This document shows, in pieces, positions 25,655 to 37,662 of a stretch of 64,000 nt of DNA; the first letter of the stretch is position 1; each line of letters opens with the position of its first letter. A model generated the notes under the pieces. That model did no database searches and was not told where the DNA came from. It saw only the letters and a program-made list of their open reading frames with translations. The DNA lies in contig MU004200.1 in the NCBI GenBank assembly GCA_010093605.1, positions 682,001 through 746,000 of the forward strand, read 5' to 3'. The DNA comes from Lophium mytilinum (Eukaryota). Both the position numbers and the translations under genes were made by a program.

Positions 25655-26842
25655 CTACCATTCTCCTTTCTTCTCCCTCCTCAGTCCCCCAATCTCAAAC
25701 ACCAATATAAGCCTGCACACAACACTCGAAACAACATACTGCCACAAAACAAAACTCAGCACCTCACGAACAGTTTCAAACTGCAGCGACGAGAAAACAA
25801 TAACACCAAGAACAAGGTGCACAAACCCAACGCACCCAGCCAGAACATTCCCCAGAACGGCCAACAGCGGCACGCGAGCATTGGCGTCATATTCGTCCAC
25901 CTCCTGCTCTGCACATAGTGTTATTTCTTTTCCTACGAGGTTCCGCAGATGCCGTGCCAGTTTAGCCACCCTTCCCATCGGCTTCTTTCCACTACTAGCA
26001 ACGGCTAAATTTCCACCGGTCCGCGGTTTCACAGTACTCCTTCTAGCGAACCCAAAGCTCACAGCTGACACCACATGTACCACGCATGCGAGCGTGCCCC
26101 AAAGCAGCGGTCCGAACGTGACCGTACAATCCCAGCTCAGAATGGTCTTCCTCCCTAGCTCGACCGAGGTAGACATCACGTTCGCCGCCGCACCTGCGGC
26201 CAGCAGGTACTGCGCTGCGCTAAGCGGGTGCGCGATTCCCGCCCAGCGCGGCGAGATGCGGAACGCGAGCATGCTGCCGCGACTACTCCCGCCTTCACTC
26301 ACACTGCTGCCGCCGCACAACACATGCGTCGGATCGCTGTACTCCAACAGCCGCGTGGGCCATACAGCAGGGGCGCCCAGACTGAGCAAGAAAGAAAGTA
26401 ATGGGCGGTAGGATGAAAGAAGTGAGGTTTCAGCAACGCTAAGCCCGATGGTTGAAAGCAAAGTAGGCATGAGGCCGAGAACGACGCCTGCGGAGTTGAA
26501 GTTGGCTAGGCCATCGGACGACATTTTGTCGAGCATGCATCTCTCGTGCGCTTGGCAAATATAAAAGAGTTGGCGGGCTAAAGGGGTGTTTGTGGGGGTG
26601 TCGAAGGCGGCGCGGTAGTCGTGGAGGGTGACATTGTAGGCGTTGTTGAATATATTGGCGAGGGTGGAGTCGTGTTTGTCGTAGAAGACTTGGTATTGCT
26701 GAACTGGGGGTTTGGGGAACGGCAATGCGAAGACCGGGTAAGCCTCGTTAGCCTCGTACTCGTCATCGGCATGCACGCGTAGAGCAATGCAGGGGAGTAG
26801 AAAGGAAAGACGTAAGAAGATTTTGATCTTGGTCAGCTCCAT
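25655..26842 (-). CDS. Uncharacterised fungal multi-pass membrane protein with signal peptide
   Basis: 395-aa intronless ORF with a hydrophobic N-terminus and several TM segments (SAGVVLGLMPTLLS, RPLLSFLLSLGAPAV). Confidence 0.75.
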   Translation of the reverse strand: MELTKIKIFLRLSFLLPCIALRVHADDEYEANEAYPVFALPFPKPPVQQYQVFYDKHDSTLANIFNNAYNVTLHDYRAAFDTPTNTPLARQLFYICQAHERCMLDKMSSDGLANFNSAGVVLGLMPTLLSTIGLSVAETSLLSSYRPLLSFLLSLGAPAVWPTRLLEYSDPTHVLCGGSSVSEGGSSRGSMLAFRISPRWAGIAHPLSAAQYLLAAGAAANVMSTSVELGRKTILSWDCTVTFGPLLWGTLACVVHVVSAVSFGFARRSTVKPRTGGNLAVASSGKKPMGRVAKLARHLRNLVGKEITLCAEQEVDEYDANARVPLLAVLGNVLAGCVGFVHLVLGVIVFSSLQFETVREVLSFVLWQYVVSSVVCRLILVFEIGGLRREKKGEW

Positions 26843-27835
26843 TGGAAGCCTGGACGAGCATTTCTAGAGCGTCAAAGGTGATGAGCCGGAAGGGGAAAAC
26901 GAAAGGGGAGAACGAGAAGCGGAAAAGAAGGCGAGAAGGAGGGGAGAATGGAAATAGAGCCTCGCTACTCAACACATTGACATTAAAAACATGTTATTCG
27001 CCCCCCGCGGGTGTCGTTCAGCCTTGGATACCTAGGCAATAAGATAAGGCTGTATACTAGCCAAAACAGCACGTTGCAGGATCTCGGCACCTATCCCTGG
27101 ACCTCACAGACGTGATTCAACGTGCTGCGCCACAACCTTCATACAGATGTATAGAGAGTGTGACACAGGCTGTGTTTCTAAATGGTCGTATAGAGCGTCA
27201 CGATGCGTTTGTACTCAGGCATAGGTAGTCTGAGGTTGAGACTGCAGGTGATTCCCGAAAGAAGTGGGGCTGAGCCCTGGATGCGAGCCGCCAACTGGCC
27301 AGCTTGGCACGGGAGCTAGAGTAGGTAGACCTGGGTGCTCTCTATCAACAACAACAAGACGATTGCTATTTCTACGTTGTTCTTTTTACTACTTTGTCAC
27401 AAGTGATTCAATAACAGCTCTTTTCACGTCCGATCTGCGATGTATCAGCTGGATTCCAGAAGCACGTAATAGCTAGCTGGCAGGGCTTGCAGGATTCAAT
27501 ACTGCGGTTGCACCGAAAGGGCGAAGCGGGGGAGAGGCTGTGGCTCACAGCTATTGGCTTGACTGCTCCTCGTCGCAGCCACGTCGCGTAAAGCGGCCGC
27601 TGTATGGCCACTAGAATGGTGCCTGAGGAGGTCAGCCTTGTGTTCTGCCTGGGCCGAGCCTCGAATGCCATGAGCTGGAACCGAACCTTGGGAGGCCGTC
27701 GATAAGGCGCCTCCAGCCTGGGTGCCTGGTTCCCGCATGTACTCCTGTCTTCTTCTTGTCTTCTTCTTCCTCTTCTGCACGTCAACTTCATACGACATGC
27801 CGCTTTCCCTTATATCAGCCTGAGCGCTCTCCGGC

Positions 27836-30159
27836 ATGCGCTTCGGTCGCTTTCTCGGCATGGGGTCCGGGAGCTCCAAGTCTGATGAGACAGCCACCCT
27901 TCAGCCTGCTGTCTCTGGAACCGCGAAATTCTTCAACAGCAACGACATTCCTATTTCCAGAGGCGGCCCCATCAATTCCTATGCATTATCTCCAAATGCG
28001 ATAGCACCTTCGATTCCCCACTCGCCCCAGGCCTTCACCCGCGGAGGAGATTCAGACTGGGACCCTCATACCCCCGGCGCCGAACTGCCCGCGCGAAAGA
28101 AGTCGAGTTTCCTACCATGGAGGAAGTCTTCCACCCCAAAAGTTTCGCAGGAACCCATGACAGAATACTTCCCAGATCCACGTCCCTTTGTTGCCGATTC
28201 CCGCCCATTGTCTGTTGTCAATACCGGTTCGGAGGGGAACACCCCAGCTTCTTCTGTCTTCTCGCAAGCCAGTCCTGCATCGACCGTGGCAACCCCTCCG
28301 ACGTCTCCACTCTCCCCCTTTGGTAGCATCCGACGAAAGCCAATAGGTTTACGGCCTACCGCTTCCTCCCCCAATTTGCTTGCATCGAATAGCTCCCGAC
28401 CGTTCTTTTCAATCGCAAGAAATGCTCAGCACAAGTCCACTTTATCTTCACTTTTGGAGACTCCGGTACCTTCGATACCACGGCGAGGCTCTGATCTGGA
28501 GCCCGCTCAAATTACCTCGCTTTTTGGGGCTGATTCATCCTTAGAACAGTCTCGAGACCGGGTTCCTATTCCATTCGGGCCAAGCGGGTCAAATGCGGCA
28601 GCGTTGTCTAACAATGATCAACTACTATCCGACGCACGTCACGTTGTTGAAATGGAACACGACCTCGACCTCCTTATGGCATTATCGGAATCTATGGACA
28701 GATCAGGCCAAGGAAAGCAACCCGCAAGGTCACCATCACCAGCAGAGTCTTCACACTGGCGCAGTCCATCCCCTGCTCCATCAGACTCCAGCGATGACCT
28801 GGTCTTGTACAGAGGTAGGAACAATCCCCGAGGTCGAACTAGCAAGCAAGCCGTGAAAAGTAGGCGGCACATATCAACACAAGAAAAGTTAGATCGAGAG
28901 TTGGCGCAGGCAATCCAAAGAGAGGAAGAAGGGAGGGCTACGTCTTATGCATCATCTTCCCGAACACGTCACGTTCCTGGCGCTTTCGATCCTCCGACAT
29001 TCGCTTCATCTTCTTCGACATTCGCATCATCTTCATCAACATCGCCTCGCGAGCTACACTCAAATAATCCCTTCAGCCGAAAGAAATCACTCCATAGCGA
29101 GCCGTCAATCGATCTCCGGGATGTGCCGCTCAGCAAGGCGCCTTCTCCCCGTGCTCTAGATCCCGACGAGCTTCTAGCTAGGCAACTGCAGGAAGAGGAG
29201 AACCGGGGCGTACCCAAGCATGCTTCTCGTCCACAAGAAGACACCGATCTAGCTTTGGCTATCCAACTAGCAAATGAGGAAAATCAACGCTTGCGCGAAC
29301 TTAATGCAGCACCTAAGAAAAGGGAGTGTGCAGTGTGCGCAGAAAGCTATCCTATTCCGGATCTGCCCTCTCTCATGAATTGTGAGCACGAGCCGCAGGT
29401 TTGTAACGAGTGTTACCAAGGCTGGATTGCTTCGGAACTAAACAGCAAGAGTTGGAAAGAGATCAAGTGCCCAGAGGAGGGTTGCAAACAGATATTGTGC
29501 CACGCGGAGGTGCAAGAGTACGCTACATCGGAAGTATACGCGAAGTGAGCATCATTCCCATCCCTTTATGACTTTGCTCGATTCTGATGGCATCTCCTAG
29601 ATTCGACGCCCTCTCCGCCCGCGAAGCACTTAACGACGACCCGAACTTCCGATGGTGTCGTGGCCCTAACTGCAAATCCGGCCAGATACACGAAAGCGAT
29701 GTTTCTGGCAACATATTCGTGTGCGTAGATTGTGGCTTTAAGGTCTGTACTGTCCACGAGGGCGTATGGCATGAAGGAGAAACATGTGAAGAGTACAACT
29801 ATCGGACCAGTGGGCGGAAGAGAAGGACCAGAAGGCGCAAGAAGAAGCGTCTGCGGCGGAGATTGCCAAGATCACGAAGAAATGTCCGGGAAAGAAGGGG
29901 AAGTGTGGGTGGAATATTGAGAAGAATGATGGTTGCGATCACATGACTTGTAAGTTGATATTTCTACTCGTGTGCTCCATGCCAAAGGGATAAGTGCTAA
30001 CATGATTGAAATGCAGGCACCAAGTGCAAGCACCAGTTCTGCTGGATCTGTATGGCCGACTACCAACCCATCCGGGACAAGGGAAACTCTGAGCATGGGA
30101 CAGACTGTAAATACCATTCTAGCAAGCTGCCAACTCTGCCACCCGAGCAGGCTGCGTGA
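27836..30159 (+). CDS. RBR (RING-IBR-RING) E3 ubiquitin ligase with UIM-like repeats; frameshift near 29820
   Basis: RING1 CAVC...CEH...CNEC...CPEEGC, IBR WCRGPNC...CVDC...CTVH...H, and RING2 KKCP...C...EKNDGCDHMT|CTKCKHQFCWIC in a shifted frame. DxxLAxxLQ repeats upstream. Confidence 0.85.
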
Positions 30160-30610
30160 TAGAGACACTTGATATCCACTTCTATACTAAGATCAAGAAT
30201 CTTCAATCTTTTCCATCACATTTATCAGTCTACCAGATGATGAGAACCGTTGTTAGAACACAAACTCTCGCGTAGCCAGTATACCAGTGCAAACCCATCG
30301 AAGGACCACGCACTCCTCGCGCTCCACACGATAGACACTTCAGCTGCAGCTGCAGCACTGCGATCGATACAATGACCAACGCACTCAAGACGTCCTTCTT
30401 TGAACCCACAGGATCGTTAGTGGCCAATAGATGTAGAGCATGGACGATGCCGCGGAATCGAACTTCAAAAGCTTGTGCTACGTGGGCGCATGCAAGGGCG
30501 GTTCCACAGCTTTCACTGAAATCTCTTCGACACGAAAAGCAAGATCCAAACGCCGGACTTCCTCTCCCCAACCTCTACACTCGACGAGTCCCGCAAAGCT
30601 CACTGCCACG

Positions 30611-30955
30611 ATGTCTTCCCGCATCAAACACCAATCCCAATCAATCATCTACGGCCTCTCGCTCGCCAGCATCGCTTATGGCACCTACATACTAGTCAAC
30701 CCCTTCAGCCTCGCCTCCACTTGGGGCGTGCCTGAGCTCGCCGACCGCCCTACTTTTCGAGCCATCGGCGTGCGCAATGTTGTGTTTGGAGTATGGATGT
30801 GGAAGATGTGCGCGGCAAGGAAAGAAACTGAGATTACGAGTATGCTGTTTTGTATACCGTTTACTCGGATCATAGATTGGTGGGTTATGAGCGGGTATGC
30901 GGCGGAGTTGGGGAGACGGTTGGTGTTGACTTCGGGGCCGGTGATCTTTGGGTGA
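30611..30955 (+). CDS. Small membrane protein, DUF4267-like
   Basis: TM helices with WGVP...AIGVRNVVFG pattern. The C-terminus may extend to 31062 through a frameshift. Confidence 0.55.
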   Translation: MSSRIKHQSQSIIYGLSLASIAYGTYILVNPFSLASTWGVPELADRPTFRAIGVRNVVFGVWMWKMCAARKETEITSMLFCIPFTRIIDWWVMSGYAAELGRRLVLTSGPVIFG

Positions 30956-31201
30956 TGGGATATGGATTATGGGAGGTAGGAGGTAGGGGAGGGAATGAGA
31001 AGCCTTTCAAAAAGAAGAACGGGAGGGTTGAAATCTACGATGAGTGGGTGGGAGGAGCTTAGTTGGAGTTGGCTTTTGGGATGTTTTACGTCTGCTTGGA
31101 AGTATGATATCTCTTGTTCGGAAGTAGTAGGGTCTTTTACAGTGCTGGGTAAAATAGTCGCCGACTGTAAATGAGTCTATACAGAAAGGCAGCTACTATG
31201 A

Positions 31202-32041
31202 ACAATCAATGCTACCACTCCTCATTCCCTGAAGCTGACGAATTGCGACGGAGTGGTGACTTTCATCTTCGCGCTTGCGGCCTCTTTCCGTCAGGCGGGA
31301 CGTCAACTTAAAGTCCTTACTGTCCGGAACGGCAATACAAGATCATGGAAAAATGTAGGTCTTAATGCCACTCTAGACTCGTTGCTATCCTCATTTACGT
31401 GCTTGGAGGAACTCGGGTTCGATAATTTCCTCCAAGAGTCGCTTAATTGGGAAGAAAGCTTTCAGTTGCACCGGGAGAGCTTGAAAAGCCTCCTCATCAC
31501 ATGCGATTTCACGGGGTTGATACTAGATCCCTGGTCGGCCGATTTCGCGGAGAAGGTCCTGGACAAATGTCCGCACATGGAGCAGTTTGCAATTGCTCTT
31601 GCTGATACTATTATGCACCACCCCTCCGATTTCCCAGACGCACCCGACGGCAGCCTCTACAAAATGTTTGATGTTGTTGCAGCAGCCCCGAGCGTTCGTG
31701 TCCTTCGCCTTTTATGCGGAGACGATCGAGACCGGACCGCAAAAGCTGGATTCAAGGCGCAGACCTTCGTAACGCAAGTTCTAAGACGTCTTGTGGATAA
31801 GGGGTCTAAAGTGAGGGTATTTGTAATCTCCCCAATGTCTTGTTGTAAGCGGGACCAACGCGATGTCTATGGGCACTACTACTACAAACGCGGAATCGCA
31901 GAGGTCTCACTCAACAGCGAGAGACTCGTCGACGTGGGTCAAATTCGGGCGGCGTGTCTAGCAGATATTCCCGACGCTACAATTACGAGATCGTTTTGGT
32001 TCAGGCGACATGTGCTAACTGGATCAGCTAGCGTAGCTTGA
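31202..32041 (+). pseudogene. Fragment of an LRR-like (F-box-associated type) protein lacking its N-terminus
   Basis: Open frame of ~280 codons with LxxLxL repeats (SLKLTNC, QLKVLTV, CLEELGF, SLKSLLI, SVRVLRL). No in-frame ATG near the 5' end, and an upstream in-frame TGA. Confidence 0.45.
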
Positions 32042-34320
32042 CCAACTGTAGAAGGAACTGTAATGTTCCAGCTCTGCAAACAAGGGGTCCAGGCCAGTGG
32101 CCATGCTTGTGTATGCAAGCCTACTAGAGAAAATAGAGAGCCCCGATAACTTTAGAAGGGCTGGACTTGTCGATTTAGCATGCTACAGCCTCTGTGGAAT
32201 TCCTAAACCAAGCGACAGTTATGGAGTGAGCGAGCATGATCAGCTCCCCCCAAGCCCTTCAGACTGGGAAACTCGGATAAAGCCGGGGCACTGGGAGACG
32301 AAAGAGTGGTAAAGAGATCTTTGGTCGCGAGGTATACTAAAACTGTTCTAGACCAATAGTCTTCCTTATTGAAGGTGGGACCCCGCAGTCATACCGGTGA
32401 GAGAATATCTCTACCAGTGCTGGTGGAAGGCGAGATGATGTGATACCGATAGGGCTTACTATGCACGCATCAGAAATGCCGAGTATTACCCCCGAAATAG
32501 CCTTGAACTCTGGGCTTAAGGTTCAAGCCAATGGCTTCGGAAGATAGGCCGCACACCGGGCCGTATCTTTGGCTATATATCGCGGCACGGCGCGAAATTG
32601 ACGGGTGCGGGAGCTCGGGAGCGGGATTGAGTCCGCGGTGGCCCAATAGGTTGCCCGCACAAGAAAGGGAGCTACGAATGTGGGAGAAACCTTAATGGAA
32701 ACCTTGAATTCTGGTTGGCTCTGGGAGGATCTCGTTGAGTGGTGGATCTCATGAGACAATAAGAGGATGGGCTCTTGAGCGGGAGGAAAGGGTTCAGAGA
32801 AAGGAGCTGATCTCAAGTTTAAGTCTAGGTGGATTACAGTCCGAGCTTACTTAAGTTTTGGAAAGCCCGGGAAGGATAAAGGGGTTCAGTCTCTCGACGG
32901 GTAAGCACGTGACGTTCACGTGATGCTGAATAATCTCCTATCACGGCACGGCACACCTGCCTTCCAAAGGCGGGATGCCAGAAGAAGGAAACGAAGAAAG
33001 GGCCTACCCGGCCCGGTCCACAAGCGTTCAAGTTTCCGATGCTTGACCCCAGCGCTGCCCATGTCAGGATCTGATTCAGATTCCTTACACACACATAAGC
33101 GATGCGCCCGGGGGTCCCTAAACTACCCCTCAATATGTTTTTCACCCTTGTAAGGGCGATACTTCGACGATGATGGGGAAGTTCGTACGTGCCACAGTAG
33201 TCGTCGGTAGCGCTGGTGACACTTTGTGAGATAATCCTCACTAGCCAGCTTGAGAAGAACTTGAAACACGATCGTTGAGGTCACAGATCGGCGTATCCGG
33301 GAAGCGCAAAAGAGGTTCACATGTTGTACAGCCAGCCACCAACAGCAGAATCCATGTAAGCGCGTGGATAGGAAAATATGGTGTCAGGCTTGGATGACAA
33401 GTCGGGGGCTCCGATGTTTCCATCCCCGGGTTTTGGAAGAGACCTGCTGGACGGCTACATGGATTGAGGCTATGAAGTCGAGTGGGGTGATAGAGCGAGG
33501 CATAGGTTGAAGATACGGCCGACGATCGCACCTTGACGATCTGCTGGTGTTGAAGTCGCACACGCGTACCACCGACTCCTAGCCCGACTTCGTATCAGCA
33601 ACGCTACCGCAAAGTAGAAGGTCACGATGAGGCCAAGATGATGGACCCGTGCGTGCAACTCAAAGCCCGCGCCGAGGAGCAAATACGAGCGTCGTGCTCC
33701 CGCGAAGAGGGTGTTATGTTCGCGTCGATTCCCATTACCGGTATAGGATCATTAAGCAAGCCGTCGACCGGGTCCTGGGAGCGAGGAATGAGTGCGAAAG
33801 GATTGTGTTGTTCAAGCGTGAAGGATGCCAACCCAGCGACCATCAGGTCGAGAAGCGCCGAATGCCCTCACCACGCGCGGGCCGCCTCTCGCATGGAATC
33901 CCCCGCATGCTCCCCTGAACAACGTGCAGCCTTACCACATGCCTTTCTGGCATCACCACCGGCTTGTCACCCTTCTTCGTTCGAGATGGCGTCAAGCATG
34001 CTTCATCCCTGCCGAGTATGCGCCGCACAGTCAGAGTCCTGCCATTCACGGGCTGCGGATCGTGGCCCCCTACGCCCCTGCCGCCGCCTTCAGCAGCGCC
34101 AGAAGATCATATCGGCCCACGCGAGCTCGTGTGCACACTGTGGATACTAAATCTGCGGGGCGCCAGCGGTGCCATGCATACATAGATCGTTCTAACTTTC
34201 GCACTGCGCCCGGGCAGGCTAGACGTCCATCTACATCGCCTGGCCCGAGACATATACATCGTCTTCTCCGCGTGCTTTTGCTCGGCGTCGAGGTTTTCTC
34301 CAGCTGTCCTACCCGCAGTC

Positions 34321-35644
34321 ATGACTAAGGCCGGCTCTCTCGATGCTGTCTCGTCCTCGCTCGATCCCATTCCCCACCACATCCGGCTCTGGCTGAAGGC
34401 AGTGTCGGCCCTTGGCTTCCTTTCGTTCTTTGCGTCTCTGTCTCTGTTCTCTATTCTCTTATATCGAGTCGTCCGATGGCATATCAAGGCGAAACGGAGC
34501 AGCCAGTTTGTCATTCTTATTCTCAACCTCGTTTTCGCCGATATCCAGCAGTCCATCGCCTTCCTACTCAACACCGAATGGCTTCGACTGAATAAGATTG
34601 CCGTGGGAACGCGAATATGCTGGGCTCAGGGTTGGTTTGTCTCCACGGGGGATCTTGCTAGTGGGGTTATGTGCTTTGCTATCGGAATCCACACCCTGGC
34701 GTCAGTGATACTGAACTACCGGTTGAGCACCCGCTACTTCATTGCGACGATTGTCTTCCTATGGGCTTTCGTCTATACTATGGCTCTCATTGGCGTCGGG
34801 CTCCATCCGTACGATCTCTATGTCCGCGCAGGAGCATGGGTAAGCAGTCATTTACCCCCTTCGATATCTGTCACTGACTCGCCGATCATAGTGTTGGGTC
34901 CACCACGACTTCACTTTGGTCAGAGTAAGCATATTCCTCCCACACATCTCCAGCAACCGACATTTCTGACACCCCCAGCTCTGGACGCACTATTTCTGGA
35001 TTTTCGTCTTCGAGTTCGGCGTCGTCGGCACCTATGCCACTATCTTCCTGATCCTCTTCCAACGCCTCCGCACAGGCTACTACAGCGCCGCGGAAGCCGA
35101 CCACGTCAAGGCCATCTCCAAAATGATGATGGTATATCCCCTCGTGTACATCGTGTGCACATTGCCGCTCGCCTCGTCTCGTATGGCTAGTATGAGCAAC
35201 CACAACCCATCCCTCGGCCGCCTTTGCTTCTCAGCTTGCATGATTACTTCGAATGGCTGGCTCGACGTCCTTCTCTACACGTTCACCCGCCGCATCATGA
35301 TCTTCTCCGATGTCCCACCGTCCGAGTCCGATGGTATGGACACGTTCAGCACAATCTGGAGCAGCAAACGCTTCGGCGCCGCGACGGTCATTGAAGCAAC
35401 GGGCCGCCCACGCCGGAGCAGAAGTCGCGCTGCAAGCCTCAACGGGAGCACGGACGACTTATTCTGCGTTGGCGCGAAGGACATCAAGCTTGTCACGACG
35501 ACTGCGGTTGTACACGAGCAGGCGCAGGATGCCGACTTTGATGAGATGGGCGGCGGGCAGCATAGGCTGCAATCGCTGACACCTGAGAAGCGATTTAGCG
35601 AGGAGAGCGGCCGAACTGGTCAGCTGCCACATATATCCGATTGA
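34321..35644 (+). CDS. Git3/cAMP-receptor-like 7TM GPCR
   Basis: QFVILILNLVFADIQQS, CWAQGWFVSTGDLASG, AGAW|CWVHHDFTLVR|LWTHYFW (33-nt exon at 34892-34924), MMVYPLVY...LPLA and NGWLDVLLYTFTRR. Confidence 0.88.
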
Positions 35645-37662
35645 TGAGCGCTGGTAATGGATGATTCCAATAACTAGCAGGCCCTGGGGAGTCACGGCCC
35701 GTACTTGATGGTCAACCAGTTGAGTGAGACGAAGATATATGGGATAAAGGAGCATCACGGCAAAATATCACGATTGGCCACCTTTATCTTGCCCCGAACT
35801 AGGACCTCATCCTTCTCGACTCGGAATCGGATTGCTACCCAGACGTCGGAACGCCACCTACCTCCAGCCCTCACTAAGGATCAGCATGATGGAACAGAAG
35901 CCAATCGACACCACTCGGCCATCTCTATCTTTCAGACGAGATCAGAACAGAATTCTGTGCGTCACAAGCGATGTTACGATTTATTAAACCCCCCGAGGAA
36001 AACAAGGTGGCTGAGATATCTTCTGCAACCCACTTCAGCCATGTTAGTCCGATTCTCTTATAGCTACGGGATTCAACATCCCAACTTCGAGAGGCGTCTC
36101 CCATAGGTATCTCGAAATACTTCAGCCATGTATAGTGGCTATCATAGAAAGCTCCTTCGGCTCTGACTGCATGCTTCTTTGAAGGACACCCCTACGAACC
36201 GTTGATACCAGCAATGAATCCAGTCGATGCATCCAGTCGATGCAAGGCACACCAAAGCACTCGGCTCGGAACCGTAGCGAAATGAAAGCTATCTCATTTC
36301 CGAAGTCACGGTTTGTACAAATTCGCTGAGAAATTCGGAACGCTTGCGAGAAGGAGGGACTCCCTTGTGATCACATGATCATGGACAAGATCATGCGGGT
36401 GCTGAGCGAACCCCCGCTTAGGGGTGACATTTGGCTTTAAAAGCTCTGCGAGGGTTTCCATATTTCTTATTACTCCGGCTTGGGGGATCATAGAGCGAGA
36501 GTGTGCATAACATGTTGTGCCTCACCTTCATGGAGTTGGCGGAGGATTTTGGGGTTTCAAACGGGCATGTTGCACGCTTAAGACGGCAAATTGATCGTTT
36601 CCGGTACCTATAGTTGATAGAGAGTGCTGACTTTCGTCGCCATATACAAATTATACCTCCATCTCAACTTGCCCATTCTCTGCGTCACTGACGGCTTGAT
36701 GGATGAGAAGAAAAATAACTGATTGATGATGCAGGTCACCAGAGCCCGATCGTTTCGAAGCAGGTTCATCGCCCTCTTTTCCTTCTTCTTTTTGCGCCCT
36801 TCAAAACGTCGCCGTCGCGGAGATGTTGATCCTAAAGCGCAACAACTCCCTCCACCCCTTCGGCTCCATATGAAATGCTCTCTCGTGGAGGTCTTATTCA
36901 TACCGCATGGATACCGCTCCATGTGACATAAGGGGGTGGGCGGCGCAAGCACCTGAACTGGACATAACTTAGCTCTAGGCCGCCTTCCTCCAGACTACCT
37001 CCAACAGCCTTTGCATTCGGTTTACTATTATAAAGGTGTCGTAAGAGAGTTATATTCTCTACCGCGCACAACTAGCTCACGCCGAAGCTTCCGAACCCGG
37101 GAGAGAGCGGTCGATTGCTGACGTGAACTGTCAATGAGGTGGAAAGAGGCACAGTAATGCGGCGAGGCGACCGTGGACAATGCCCTCCTGCACCTCCGGC
37201 ACCACCAATTATAGTAGAGCCTCTTCTGATAATGTCGTAGACACTAGTTCTAGTATTAAGCTAAAATATGGGACTGTCATTCATGCCTATTCAGGTGGCT
37301 GCGGTGAAGATAAACGTGATCTTCACGTGATTTTCATGTGACCTTTGCCCTGCGCAACCTTGAGGACGGGTCTTCGGCAATGTGGATCGTTCTCTACACT
37401 ATATCGTGTTTCAACTTACTCGGGTAGTGCTGTATACATTCTCTCAACCAGAATATGTAATTAGTGGATGTTCTGACGTTGTTGAGGCCTGAACGTGATC
37501 TACTACACCGCGTATGGAAATCCATCACATCCCTCCTACTCCTTACTTCCTAGCAATGAAATTCTGGCCGCGGCTCCATGAGTGCTTAAAGCACAACACG
37601 AGCGAAGTTGCCCTACTGAGGCCGTGAAGGATTTAACCATTCTACTCAGCTTTTCCACTATC

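Noticed and set aside
32500..34320. ORFs upstream of the GPCR
   Set aside because: No domain signal; probably promoter or 5' UTR.
36032..36243. Short direct repeats (ACTTCAGCCATGT x2; tandem ATCCAGTCGATGC x2)
   Set aside because: Too short to interpret; consistent with slippage or chance.
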